Shown: positions 1-10,651 of the stretch, piece by piece
Layout of the letters: each line of letters begins with the position of its first letter
Numbering within the stretch: the stretch's first letter is position 1
From: Vibrio cholerae ATCC 14035
GTDB taxonomy: Bacteria > Pseudomonadota > Gammaproteobacteria > Enterobacterales > Vibrionaceae
Assembly: GCF_000621645.1 (NCBI RefSeq)
Contig: NZ_KK211322.1
Span: 200,756-232,755 of the forward strand
Direction of reading: 5' to 3'
Length of the DNA: 32,000 bases
The notes under the pieces: model-generated
The model's database searches: none
What the model was told of the DNA's origin: nothing
What the model saw: only the letters and a program-made list of their open reading frames with translations
Translations under genes and position numbers: made by a program

Positions 1-572
1 TCATTGTGGAAGCTCTGGTTCGTTGGATGGCGCCTATCATGTCATTCACCGCTGATGAAATTTGGAACGCAATGCCAGCACAGCAAGCTGACGGCAGCGC
101 ACGTGACAAGTTCGTGTTTACCACGGAATGGTTTGATGGCCTGTTTGGTTTGGCAGAAGGCGAAGAGCTAAATAACGCATTCTGGAATGATATTCAGAAA
201 GTGCGTGGCTCAGTCAACAAACTGCTGGAAAACGCTCGTAACGAAAAACTGATCGGTGGTTCACTGCAAGCAGAATTAGTGCTGTTTGCTGATGATGCAT
301 TGGCGAGTAAGCTAGCGAAACTGGGCGATGAGCTGCGTTTCGTGCTGCTGACTTCAAAAGCCGTGGTGAAACCACTGGCTGAGAAGAGCGAGGCTGCACA
401 GGCGACCGATATTGATGGCTTGTTTGTTCAAGTGAACAAAACTGAAGCTGAGAAGTGCGATCGCTGTTGGCACCACACCCCTGATGTAGGCACGATTGCA
501 GGTCACACCACCATTTGTGGTCGTTGCGTGTCTAACGTTGAGGGTGAAGGCGAAGTACGCAAATTTGCGTAA
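1..572 (+). CDS. ileS: Isoleucyl-tRNA synthetase, C-terminal fragment (gene starts upstream of the window)
   Basis: The open frame runs from the window edge to a stop at 570-572. The translation carries the IleRS C-terminal zinc-binding CxxC motifs (CDRCWHH...CGRCVSNV). It is followed 16 nt later by lspA, as in the conserved ileS-lspA operon. Confidence 0.95.
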   Translation, partial: IVEALVRWMAPIMSFTADEIWNAMPAQQADGSARDKFVFTTEWFDGLFGLAEGEELNNAFWNDIQKVRGSVNKLLENARNEKLIGGSLQAELVLFADDALASKLAKLGDELRFVLLTSKAVVKPLAEKSEAAQATDIDGLFVQVNKTEAEKCDRCWHHTPDVGTIAGHTTICGRCVSNVEGEGEVRKFA

Positions 573-587
573 TTCAGGCTAACCATC

Positions 588-1103
588 ATGTCGAATTCGT
601 CTCTGACTCTTAAACAATCTGGATTGCGCTGGCTGTGGCTGGCGCTTCTGGTTTTCATTGCTGACATCACGATCAAGTTAATTGTGATGGATAACATGGG
701 CTATGGTTGGGCAAACCGTATTGAGGTGCTGCCTTTCTTTAACCTGCTGTATGTGCATAACTATGGCGCGGCTTTTAGCTTTCTGAGCGATCAGGAAGGG
801 TGGCAGCGCTGGCTATTTACGGGTATTGCCTTTGTGGTCACCGGCATGCTCGCTTACTGGATGCGTCGTCTTCCGGCGAGTGATAAGTGGAACAATATTG
901 CCTACGCACTGATCATCGGTGGTGCCGTGGGCAATGTGTTCGATCGCATCGTGCATGGTTTTGTGGTCGATTATCTCGATTTTTACTGGGGAACCTACCA
1001 CTGGCCAGCATTCAATCTGGCCGACAGTACGATCTGTATCGGTGCAGCGATGATTATTCTCGATGGTTTTCGCGCTAAGAAAAGTGCGCCAAGTCAGTCT
1101 TAG
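588..1103 (+). CDS. lspA: Lipoprotein signal peptidase (signal peptidase II)
   Basis: 171 aa polytopic membrane protein with typical LspA motifs (NxGAAFS, GGAVGNxxDR, FNLAD). It sits immediately downstream of ileS. Confidence 0.95.
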   Translation: MSNSSLTLKQSGLRWLWLALLVFIADITIKLIVMDNMGYGWANRIEVLPFFNLLYVHNYGAAFSFLSDQEGWQRWLFTGIAFVVTGMLAYWMRRLPASDKWNNIAYALIIGGAVGNVFDRIVHGFVVDYLDFYWGTYHWPAFNLADSTICIGAAMIILDGFRAKKSAPSQS

Positions 1104-1151
1104 TGCTCTGCATTGCGCCGTAAAGCAAAGACACTGCGGCAAATAACCACA

Positions 1152-1184
1152 AGCGCCGTCCGTTGATTCGGAGGGCGCTTTTTA
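1152..1184 (+). terminator. Rho-independent terminator-like hairpin between lspA and fkpB
   Basis: The 11-bp stem AGCGCCGTCCG (1152-1162) pairs with CGGAGGGCGCT (1169-1179) with one mismatch and a 6-nt loop. A TTTTT run follows. Confidence 0.6.
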
Positions 1185-1265
1185 CTATAAAGGCTGGCAT
1201 CAGCGCCCGCCCGTCTCCGCTAAAGTGAAGCGGCGTTCGTTAAACAATAACAAGGTAGTGATAAC

Positions 1266-1700
1266 GTGAACTCTATTGCCTCTAACTCTGCAGTTACCCT
1301 GCATTTTACGATCAAGCTTAAGGACGGCTCTGTTGCCGACAGTACCCATAATCAAGGAAAACCGGCCAAGCTAGTGATGGGCGATGGTAGCCTGAGCCCC
1401 AATTTCGAGCAGTGTTTACTCGGAATGTTGCCGGGCGAGAAAAAATCGGTCGCTTTAGCGGCGCAAGATGCGTTTGGGGCGCCCAATCCAGATCATGTCC
1501 ATTACATGGATCGCAGTAAGTTTCTTGGTGGTGATCTGCAGTTAGAGGTCGGAACCATTATGGCTTTCAGTGGCCCTGACGGAATGGAAATTCCCGGAAT
1601 CATCACGGAGATTGCCGGTGACTCAGTTACTGTCGATTTCAATCACCCATTGGCAGGGCAAGACATCACCTTTGATGTTGAGATCTTGTCTGTTGAGTGA
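1266..1700 (+). CDS. fkpB: FKBP-type peptidyl-prolyl cis-trans isomerase (SlpA/FkpB type)
   Basis: 144 aa with a GTG start. It aligns along its full length with my recollection of E. coli FkpB (SNSAVxxHFTxKLxDG...GDSxTVDFNHPLAGQ). It lies between lspA and ispH as in enterobacteria. Confidence 0.9.
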   Translation: MNSIASNSAVTLHFTIKLKDGSVADSTHNQGKPAKLVMGDGSLSPNFEQCLLGMLPGEKKSVALAAQDAFGAPNPDHVHYMDRSKFLGGDLQLEVGTIMAFSGPDGMEIPGIITEIAGDSVTVDFNHPLAGQDITFDVEILSVE

Positions 1701-1734
1701 GTTTCCTTACAATAGCCAACCATAACGACTAGCA

Positions 1735-2697
1735 ATGAGCAAACCAATGAAAATACTGTTAGCCAACCCTCGCGGTTTCTGCGCGGGTGTGGATCGCGCG
1801 ATCAGCATTGTTGAGCGTGCGCTGGAGCTTTATCAGCCGCCGATTTATGTGCGTCATGAAGTGGTGCACAACCGCTTTGTGGTCGAGGGTTTAAAGCAGC
1901 GTGGAGCCCGCTTTGTTGAGGAATTAAATGAAGTTCCCGACGATAACATTGTGATTTTTTCGGCTCATGGCGTGTCGCAAGCAGTTCGCCAAGAAGCGAA
2001 AGAGCGTTCACTGACGGTATTTGATGCGACTTGTCCACTGGTGACTAAAGTGCATATGGAAGTGGCGCGTGCCAGTCGCAAACATATGGAAGTAGTGTTG
2101 ATTGGTCATGCTGGCCATCCTGAAGTGGAAGGCACGATGGGGCAGTATGCCAGTGATACAGGCGGCATGTATCTGGTCGAAAAGCCAGAAGATGTCGTAT
2201 CACTGCAAGCTAAGGTGAAAGATCCAAGTAACCTGCACTATGTGAGCCAAACAACGTTGTCAGTCGATGAAACTGCGGATGTGATTGATGAGCTGCGCCG
2301 TGTATTTCCGAAGATCCAAGGCCCGCGTAAAGATGACATCTGTTATGCCACCCAAAACCGTCAAGATGCGGTGCGTATCTTGGCTGAGCAAGTCGATGTG
2401 ATGGTGGTGGTGGGCTCGAAAAACTCATCGAACTCGACTCGATTAAAGGAGTTGGCTGAGAAGTTGGGCACTCCCGGTTACTTGATTGATTGCCCACAGG
2501 ATATCGACCCTGGGGGGTTCGTTGATGCGCAGTTAATTGGGGTGACTGCGGGCGCTTCGGCACCAGAAGAGTTGGTAAACCAAATCTTGGAACGCATCAA
2601 AGAGCTCGGCGCAACGTCAGTAGAAGAGGTGCTTGGCCGCGAAGAGAACATGTTCTTTGAAGTGCCTAAAGAGCTGCAAATTAAGCAAGTCGACTAG
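1735..2697 (+). CDS. ispH: 4-hydroxy-3-methylbut-2-enyl diphosphate reductase
   Basis: 320 aa, collinear with E. coli IspH/LytB ([27 protein letters not shown], SSNSxRL). The E. coli-like start would be the second ATG at 1747 ([11 protein letters not shown]), so either start is possible. Confidence 0.95.
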   Translation: MSKPMKILLANPRGFCAGVDRAISIVERALELYQPPIYVRHEVVHNRFVVEGLKQRGARFVEELNEVPDDNIVIFSAHGVSQAVRQEAKERSLTVFDATCPLVTKVHMEVARASRKHMEVVLIGHAGHPEVEGTMGQYASDTGGMYLVEKPEDVVSLQAKVKDPSNLHYVSQTTLSVDETADVIDELRRVFPKIQGPRKDDICYATQNRQDAVRILAEQVDVMVVVGSKNSSNSTRLKELAEKLGTPGYLIDCPQDIDPGGFVDAQLIGVTAGASAPEELVNQILERIKELGATSVEEVLGREENMFFEVPKELQIKQVD

Positions 2698-2776
2698 TCA
2701 TTTCGCCATCCATCTTGTGAATCCAAAATGGATGGTTTCTTTGCAATTTCTTTGCAAAGGGATATCGCACAAAAAA

Positions 2777-2808
2777 ATGGCTCCCAGATTGGGAGCCATT
2801 TTCGTTTT
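2777..2808. terminator. Bidirectional terminator between convergent ispH and the cstA-family gene
   Basis: The perfect stem ATGGCTCCC (2777-2785) pairs with GGGAGCCAT (2791-2799). An A-run lies upstream (2771-2776) and a T-rich run downstream (2800-2808). Confidence 0.75.
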
Positions 2809-2833
2809 CAATCAGGTGATTGAAGCGTTGAGA

Positions 2834-4318
2834 TTAAGCGGTTTTCGTCACGCCTTGTGGTTTCTCTTCATCGGCAAGATCGGTTTCCCCTTTGCCTTTG
2901 GATACTTTCGCTACGTAAGCCAGAGCCCCCAGAGAAGCCAGTACACCTGCAATGGTTGAAATCTGCATTGGTAAGCCAAAACCTAACGTGCTGCTGTTAA
3001 GGATGAAGCTGATACACACGGTAGTCATAAACAGCGCAGGTACCGTACAGATCCAGTGCAGTTTGTTGTGGCGCATCAGGTAAGCGGTGGCTGTCCACAG
3101 CATCATGACTGCGGTCGCTTGGTTCGCAAAACCGAAGTAGCGCCAGATGATACCGAAATCGACTTGGGTCAACACTGCACCGATAACGAACAGAGGTACA
3201 GCCATCAGTAGGCGGTTACGCAGTGTTTTTTGCTCCATGTTGAAGTATTCAGCCAAGATCAGACGGCTTGAACGGAACGCGGTATCACCCGAAGTGATAG
3301 GCAGGATCACCACGCCAAGGAAAGCAATCACACCACCAAATACACCCAGCAGGCCGAAAGAAGAACCGTAAACCACGTTACCTGGGCCACCGTTTTTCAC
3401 CGCTTCAGACAGCGCTTCCAGTGAGCCGAAGAAAGAGAGAGCAACAGTACACCAGATAAGAGCAATGATGCCTTCGCCAATCATCGCGCCGTAAAACACG
3501 AAGCGACCGTTCTTCTCATTTTCCATACAGCGTGCCATCAGCGGAGACTGAGTCGCGTGGAAGCCAGAGATAGCACCACAAGCGATGGTGATGAACAGAG
3601 CTGGCCACAGAGGCATGTCATTCGGGTTGAGGTTTTTCACCATATCGCTGATTTCAAATCCGCCCAGCACTTGGTGCTCAGAAGAGAACGCAATCGCCGT
3701 CATCAAACCAACCGACATGAAAATCAGTAGCGCACCAAACAGTGGGTAGAAACGGCCGATGATTTTATCAACAGGAACGATAGTCGCCAGAATATAGTAA
3801 GCGAAGATGATCACGACCATGGTGGTCATGCTGACGGTGAAGTCAGTTTGTTGGTTAATCAGGTTAGTGATCATGCCAGCAGGGGCTGAAACGAACACCA
3901 CACCAACCAGAAGCAGCAACACAATGGCAAAAATGTTCATAAAGTGTTTTGCGCCATTGCCTAAGTAACGACCCGTGATGGATGGAACCGAAGCACCACC
4001 GTTACGGATAGAAAGCATACCTGAGAAGTAGTCGTGTACTGCACCCGCGAAGATGCAGCCAACTACGATCCACAGCATGGCGGCTGGACCGTACAGCGCA
4101 CCCATGATTGGACCAAAAATAGGACCAACACCGGCGATGTTCAGCAGTTGTACGAGATACACTTTTGGGGTGGACATCGGTACATAGTCGACGCCGTCCG
4201 TTTTTGTATGGGCAGGGGTTTGACGCTTTTCGTTGATGCCAAATACTTTCTCTACGAAAGCTCCGTAAATAAAGTAACCGCCAACGAGGGCTGCGACACA
4301 GGTTAGAAACCACAACAT
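2834..4318 (-). CDS. cstA: CstA-family carbon starvation / pyruvate-peptide transporter (short, about 490 aa form)
   Basis: 494 aa polytopic membrane protein. Its N-terminal sequence (MLWFLxxxxALxGGYFIYGxFVEKVFG...) and overall profile are typical of the CstA N-terminal domain family. Confidence 0.88.
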   Translation of the reverse strand: MLWFLTCVAALVGGYFIYGAFVEKVFGINEKRQTPAHTKTDGVDYVPMSTPKVYLVQLLNIAGVGPIFGPIMGALYGPAAMLWIVVGCIFAGAVHDYFSGMLSIRNGGASVPSITGRYLGNGAKHFMNIFAIVLLLLVGVVFVSAPAGMITNLINQQTDFTVSMTTMVVIIFAYYILATIVPVDKIIGRFYPLFGALLIFMSVGLMTAIAFSSEHQVLGGFEISDMVKNLNPNDMPLWPALFITIACGAISGFHATQSPLMARCMENEKNGRFVFYGAMIGEGIIALIWCTVALSFFGSLEALSEAVKNGGPGNVVYGSSFGLLGVFGGVIAFLGVVILPITSGDTAFRSSRLILAEYFNMEQKTLRNRLLMAVPLFVIGAVLTQVDFGIIWRYFGFANQATAVMMLWTATAYLMRHNKLHWICTVPALFMTTVCISFILNSSTLGFGLPMQISTIAGVLASLGALAYVAKVSKGKGETDLADEEKPQGVTKTA

Positions 4319-4398
4319 AGCGTTTGTCCTTTTGTTAATGAATTAAGCTCACTGTGGATAGTAATTTATCAATAAGCGAGCTTCACTGGCTTTCCGAG

Positions 4399-4446
4399 TC
4401 AGTGGTCGTGTGGTGAATTAAGCGGTGTTTTAGCTAAATAAGTGGT
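4399..4446 (-). promoter_or_regulatory. Three phased direct repeats, a candidate LytTR-regulator operator upstream of the cstA-family gene
   Basis: On the plus strand the repeats read TCAGTGGT (4399-4406), TAAGCGGT (4419-4426) and TAAGTGGT (4439-4446), each separated by exactly 12 bp. On the minus strand this is ACCACTTA-N12-ACCGCTTA-N12-ACCACTGA. The array lies 81-128 nt upstream of the start codon at 4318, and a possible -10 element TACTAT sits at 4363-4358. Confidence 0.5.
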
Positions 4447-4570
4447 TTTGAATATACCCACTTCTGACTTAAAGCCGCGACGCGAGCATGAAAATTGAGT
4501 AGCAGGCTATGCTATTCAATGGCATGCTCATTTCATCAACAAAATGCGTTCGTCTAACTCAAGGTAAAAC

Positions 4571-4912
4571 ATGAAAAAATGGATAGTAATGGGCTGTATT
4601 GTGCTGCTTGCCGCTTGTGCAGCGAGTGAGTCACAGTTAGTACAAGAGGGCAACTGGTATCAAATCGGTTATCAGGATGCCGTGACTGGTCATACCCAGC
4701 GCAGCTATAAAAGCTTAATGGCGCTCGGCTCAGCCAAATTGGGTGATTATGAACAAGGCTACCAAAAGGGATTAGAGCAATATTGTAACCCTGATGTGGC
4801 TTACCAAATTGGCTTGAGCGGCCAATACTATGAAGGAATTTGTGAAGGTACAGAGCAGGCGCAGCGTTTTCGTATGGAGTGGCAACGCGGTTGGAATGAG
4901 TACAATCAATAA
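4571..4912 (+). CDS. Small lipoprotein of unknown function (possibly DUF2799-like)
   Basis: 113 aa. The signal peptide has a lipobox (MKKWIVMGCIVLLAAC). An SD-like AAGGTAAAAC precedes the ATG. The mature part contains internal Y-Q-x-G-Y/L type repeats. The stop lies 18 nt before the antiporter start. Confidence 0.7.
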   Translation: MKKWIVMGCIVLLAACAASESQLVQEGNWYQIGYQDAVTGHTQRSYKSLMALGSAKLGDYEQGYQKGLEQYCNPDVAYQIGLSGQYYEGICEGTEQAQRFRMEWQRGWNEYNQ

Positions 4913-4930
4913 CCGATAAGAGGTGCAATC

Positions 4931-6727
4931 ATGCACGAAGAGTCTATTGCTCTGACTATCGCTGCGGTTGGCGTAGTCGGTTTAGGATGTCAGTGGTTAG
5001 CCTGGCGGTTACGTCTGCCAGCCATCTTATTTTTGCTGTTGGCGGGGATTTTAGCTGGCCCAGTGTTTGGGGTGTTAAACCCGGAAGCCTTGATGGGGGA
5101 TTTGCTCTTTCCGCTTGTTTCACTTGCCGTGGCGGTGATTTTGTTTGAAGGCAGCCTCACTCTAAATTTCAAAGAGATCCGCGGCGTCAGTAATACAGTG
5201 TGGAGCATTGTCACGGTTGGCGCACTCGTCTCATGGGGGATCACCAGCACGGCTGCGCATTGGTTGCTTGGCTTTGAATGGCCGTTAGCACTGATGTTTG
5301 GCAGTTTGACTGTGGTCACGGGTCCAACCGTGATTGTGCCTTTGCTGCGCACAGTACGCCCAACCGCACGTTTAGCGAATATTCTGCGTTGGGAGGGGAT
5401 TTTAATCGACCCACTTGGTGCACTGTTTGTGGTGATGGTGTATGAATTCATTGTATCCAGCAGCCATGCTCATAGCCTAGAAGTGTTTAGCCTGATTTTA
5501 TTGGTCGGTTTTTCGATTGGTATCGCTTCTGGAGTAGCGGTGGCGGCGGTACTGCGCAGAGGCTTGTTGCCGGAGTACTTGCAGCCGTTTGCGGTGCTGA
5601 GTGTCGTGCTCGGTGTGTTTGCTGCGTCTAATGCCTTGGAGTCCGAATCTGGCCTACTGACAGTGACAGTCATGGGGATGTGGCTGGCGAATGCCAAAGG
5701 GGTCAATATTCAGCACATCTTGCACTTTAAAGAGCACTTAACGATTTTGCTGATCACAGGGCTGTTTATTCTGCTCGCGGCTCGGATTGAAGTGGCGGAT
5801 TTCCAAGCGTTGGGCTGGAGCGCCTTGGGGCTGTTTGTGGTGATGCAACTGCTGGCTCGCCCTGCGTCTATCTTCATTTCAACGTTGCGTAGCACGCTCA
5901 ACGTTCGTGAAAAAGCCTTTTTAGCTTGGGTGGCTCCGCGCGGGATTGTGGCCGCTTCGATCTCTTCTCTGTTTGCCATCAAATTGATGGAGTTTGGCAT
6001 CGCTGATGCCAAGCTATTAGTGCCGCTGACCTTTATGGTGATCATTGGCACTGTCGTGCTGCAAAGTGCGACTGCTCGACCAATGGCGTTGGCATTGAAA
6101 GTGTCAGAACCTGCGCCGAAAGGCTTCTTGATCATCGGTGCCAATGATGTGGCGCGTCAGGTCGGTTTAGCGATCGCTAAGTACGATTGTCGAGTGGTGG
6201 TGACGGATTCCAACTGGGACTACATTCGCCAAGCAAGAATGGCCGGGCTTGAGCATTATTACGGCAACCCGATTTCCAGCCATGCTGAGGATTACCTGAA
6301 TTTGATTGGGATTGGGCATGTGTTGGCACTGAGCCCTGATAAACACTTCAACATCATGGCCTGTATGCAGTTTTTATCGGATTTTGGCGATAAGCGTGTG
6401 TTTTGCCTCAACGATAATCCAACCAATAACGTCAGTGAAAAGCATCTCGTCGCTCAGGAATATCATGGCTTGCCGTTTCTAGGTGGTGAAGTGAGTTACA
6501 AAAAACTGGCGAGTTTGGTCGGCCAAGGTGCGGAAGTGAAGCACACCAAATTGAGCGAAAACTTCACTTATCAGGATTATCAGCAAACCCACAAAGAGAG
6601 TTTTGTTTTGCCGCTGTTTTTAGTCGACAGTCGTGGGCGGGTGCAGATGTGTCAGGATGTGGCGAGTTTTGCGCCGAAAGAGGGCGAAATTGTCGTGTCT
6701 CTGATCAAAAGTCACGAGAGCCCATAG
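4931..6727 (+). CDS. nhaP: CPA1-family monovalent cation:proton antiporter (NhaP type) with a C-terminal cytoplasmic RCK/TrkA-N-like domain
   Basis: 598 aa. About 400 aa form a polytopic Na_H_exchanger-like core (LFEGSLxL, PTVIxPLL, WEGxLIDPxG). A soluble tail follows that begins KGFLIIGANDVARQVG. A good SD (AAGAGGTG) precedes the start. From memory this is the V. cholerae NhaP3 paralogue, but I cannot verify that here. Confidence 0.85.
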   Translation: MHEESIALTIAAVGVVGLGCQWLAWRLRLPAILFLLLAGILAGPVFGVLNPEALMGDLLFPLVSLAVAVILFEGSLTLNFKEIRGVSNTVWSIVTVGALVSWGITSTAAHWLLGFEWPLALMFGSLTVVTGPTVIVPLLRTVRPTARLANILRWEGILIDPLGALFVVMVYEFIVSSSHAHSLEVFSLILLVGFSIGIASGVAVAAVLRRGLLPEYLQPFAVLSVVLGVFAASNALESESGLLTVTVMGMWLANAKGVNIQHILHFKEHLTILLITGLFILLAARIEVADFQALGWSALGLFVVMQLLARPASIFISTLRSTLNVREKAFLAWVAPRGIVAASISSLFAIKLMEFGIADAKLLVPLTFMVIIGTVVLQSATARPMALALKVSEPAPKGFLIIGANDVARQVGLAIAKYDCRVVVTDSNWDYIRQARMAGLEHYYGNPISSHAEDYLNLIGIGHVLALSPDKHFNIMACMQFLSDFGDKRVFCLNDNPTNNVSEKHLVAQEYHGLPFLGGEVSYKKLASLVGQGAEVKHTKLSENFTYQDYQQTHKESFVLPLFLVDSRGRVQMCQDVASFAPKEGEIVVSLIKSHESP

Positions 6728-6740
6728 GGCTCTCGTTTTG
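6715..6740. terminator. Terminator hairpin overlapping the antiporter stop codon, shared with convergent murQ
   Basis: The stem CGAGAGCCC (6715-6723) pairs with GGGCTCTCG (6727-6735) around a 3-nt loop, followed by TTTT (6736-6739). Confidence 0.7.
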
Positions 6741-6750
6741 CTCTGGCTAA

Positions 6751-8804
<2,054 letters not shown>

Positions 8805-8909
8805 TTGGTTATCCCTCTGTCATATTCAAACAAAGGCATTGTAATTGAAAAATAAACTGAATAACCTCGTGGCTTGTGACAATTTTGCCAATTTTTTCAA
8901 GGAGCAAGC

Positions 8910-9902
8910 ATGGGACCGCTTTGGTTGGATGTGGCCGGTTACGAACTGAGTGCCGAAGATCGCGAAATTCTGCAGCACCCTACAGTGGGTGGTGTGATTC
9001 TGTTTGGTCGCAACTATCACGATAACCAGCAGTTGCTGGCGCTTAATAAAGCGATCCGCCAAGCGGCGAAAAGACCGATTTTGATTGGTGTCGATCAAGA
9101 AGGTGGCCGCGTGCAGCGTTTCCGTGAAGGCTTTTCTCGCATTCCCCCTGCGCAGTATTACGCGCGTGCTGAGAATGGCGTTGAGCTTGCTGAGCAGGGC
9201 GGTTGGTTGATGGCGGCAGAGCTGATTGCACACGATGTCGATTTAAGTTTTGCGCCTGTGCTTGATATGGGCTTTGCGTGCAAAGCGATTGGCAACCGTG
9301 CTTTTGGTGAAGATGTTCAAACTGTACTTAAGCACAGCAGTGCTTTTCTGCGCGGCATGAAAGCCGTCGGTATGGCGACCACAGGCAAACATTTTCCCGG
9401 TCATGGCGCGGTGATTGCCGATTCGCATTTAGAGACCCCTTACGATGAGCGGGAGACGATTGCGCAAGATATGGCGATTTTCCGTGCGCAAATTGAAGCT
9501 GGAGTGTTGGATGCTATGATGCCAGCGCATGTGGTGTATCCGCATTACGATGCTCAACCCGCGAGCGGTTCGAGCTACTGGCTAAAACAAGTGTTACGTG
9601 AAGAACTCGGCTTTAAAGGCATCGTATTTTCGGATGATTTGAGCATGGAAGGCGCAGCCGTAATGGGGGGGCCAGTTGAGCGCTCCCATCAAGCTTTGGT
9701 CGCCGGTTGTGACATGATTTTGATGTGTAACAAGCGTGAAGCGGCAGTCGAAGTGCTGGATAACCTTCCGATCATGGTAGTGCCTCAAGCCACAGCACTG
9801 CTGAAAAAACAGCAATTCAGCTACAGTGAGCTGAAGCGTTTAGATCGTTGGCAGCAAGCGTCAGCCAATATGCAGCGCTTAATCGAGCAGTTCTCCGTAT
9901 AG
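8910..9902 (+). CDS. nagZ: Beta-N-acetylhexosaminidase (GH3, peptidoglycan recycling)
   Basis: 330 aa with NagZ hallmarks ([31 protein letters not shown], [29 protein letters not shown]). It is divergent from anmK-murQ. Confidence 0.93.
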   Translation: MGPLWLDVAGYELSAEDREILQHPTVGGVILFGRNYHDNQQLLALNKAIRQAAKRPILIGVDQEGGRVQRFREGFSRIPPAQYYARAENGVELAEQGGWLMAAELIAHDVDLSFAPVLDMGFACKAIGNRAFGEDVQTVLKHSSAFLRGMKAVGMATTGKHFPGHGAVIADSHLETPYDERETIAQDMAIFRAQIEAGVLDAMMPAHVVYPHYDAQPASGSSYWLKQVLREELGFKGIVFSDDLSMEGAAVMGGPVERSHQALVAGCDMILMCNKREAAVEVLDNLPIMVVPQATALLKKQQFSYSELKRLDRWQQASANMQRLIEQFSV

Positions 9903-9928
9903 TTTTCCTCATAGAAGTAGAGCTAGGA

Positions 9929-10642
9929 TCAGTAAAATCCCAGCATCTCTTTCAGTTCTTTAAGATAACGGCGGCTGACCGGAACCTTATGTCCTGCATG
10001 AGTGATCATCTCCGCCAGCCCGTTTTCTAACAGTTTTATTTCGCGAATCGCTTTCAAATTCACCAAGTACTGGCGATGGCAGCGCACTAACGCGGTTTTC
10101 TCTTCCAACACCTTCAAGGTCAATTGACTGGTCGCTTTTTGCTGCGCAGTCTGCACATTGACGCCACTGATGTCACTGTAGGCAAATTCCACTTCATTAA
10201 TCGGCAGTAGCACAATTCGGTTTAAACCCGTGCAAGGGATCTGATCTAAGCTTGGTTGCGTCAGTGGTGAGTAGTCACTTTTCTTATGTTGGCGCAGCAA
10301 ACGCTGCACGGTTTTAGCTAAACGTTCGGTGTCGACCGGCTTGAGCAGATAGTCAAACGCGTTATCTTCAAACGCTTGCAGCGCATATTGATCGTAGGCG
10401 GTAACAAACACCACCTCAGGCATGGTCTCTGGGTCAAGCATACTTAGCAGCTCAATGCCCGAAATTTGCGGCATCTGAATATCCAAAAACACCACATCCG
10501 GCTTGAGCTGATTGATTTTTTTCAACCCTTCAATTGCATTGCTGGCTTGGCCGATGACCTCAATCTGGCCACTTTCCGCTAAGAGTTCCGCGAGCTCTTC
10601 ACGGGCAAAGCGTTCATCGTCAATGAGTAGTGCAGATAACAT
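9929..10642 (-). CDS. LytTR-family response regulator (BtsR/YpdB class)
   Basis: 237 aa with a receiver domain (LIDDERxxREEL...DVVFLDIQMP) and a C-terminal LytTR DNA-binding domain (RCHRQYLVNLKAIREI). It starts 9 nt after the kinase stop. Confidence 0.9.
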   Translation of the reverse strand: MLSALLIDDERFAREELAELLAESGQIEVIGQASNAIEGLKKINQLKPDVVFLDIQMPQISGIELLSMLDPETMPEVVFVTAYDQYALQAFEDNAFDYLLKPVDTERLAKTVQRLLRQHKKSDYSPLTQPSLDQIPCTGLNRIVLLPINEVEFAYSDISGVNVQTAQQKATSQLTLKVLEEKTALVRCHRQYLVNLKAIREIKLLENGLAEMITHAGHKVPVSRRYLKELKEMLGFY

Positions 10643-10651
10643 GTTAATCCC

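Noticed and set aside
2500-2530. A G6 run in ispH (ccctggggggttc) giving the local sequence DPGGFV where E. coli has EEWV, considered as a possible frameshift or sequencing artefact.
   Set aside because: The reading frame stays open and collinear with IspH on both sides through to the conserved C terminus, so nothing indicates a frameshift. The residue difference cannot be evaluated without an alignment.
4484-4529. An inverted repeat, GAGCATG with CATGCTC, enclosing a smaller TAGCA/TGCTA hairpin upstream of the lipoprotein gene.
   Set aside because: The stems are short (7 and 5 bp) with a long loop and no T-run, so this is within chance expectation for a 250-bp spacer. No function can be argued from the sequence alone.
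4319-4570. A CRP site upstream of the cstA-family gene, expected because E. coli cstA is CRP-dependent.
   Set aside because: No TGTGA-N6-TCACA-like element is present. There are only isolated TCACT pentamers without a matching partner half-site. The phased ACCRCTKA repeats explain the region better.
9903-9928. Convergent nagZ and the response-regulator gene lie only 26 bp apart with no terminator hairpin.
   Set aside because: The lack of a hairpin is real, but it is common for convergent gene ends, where Rho-dependent or read-through termination applies. It is not evidence of anything unusual.
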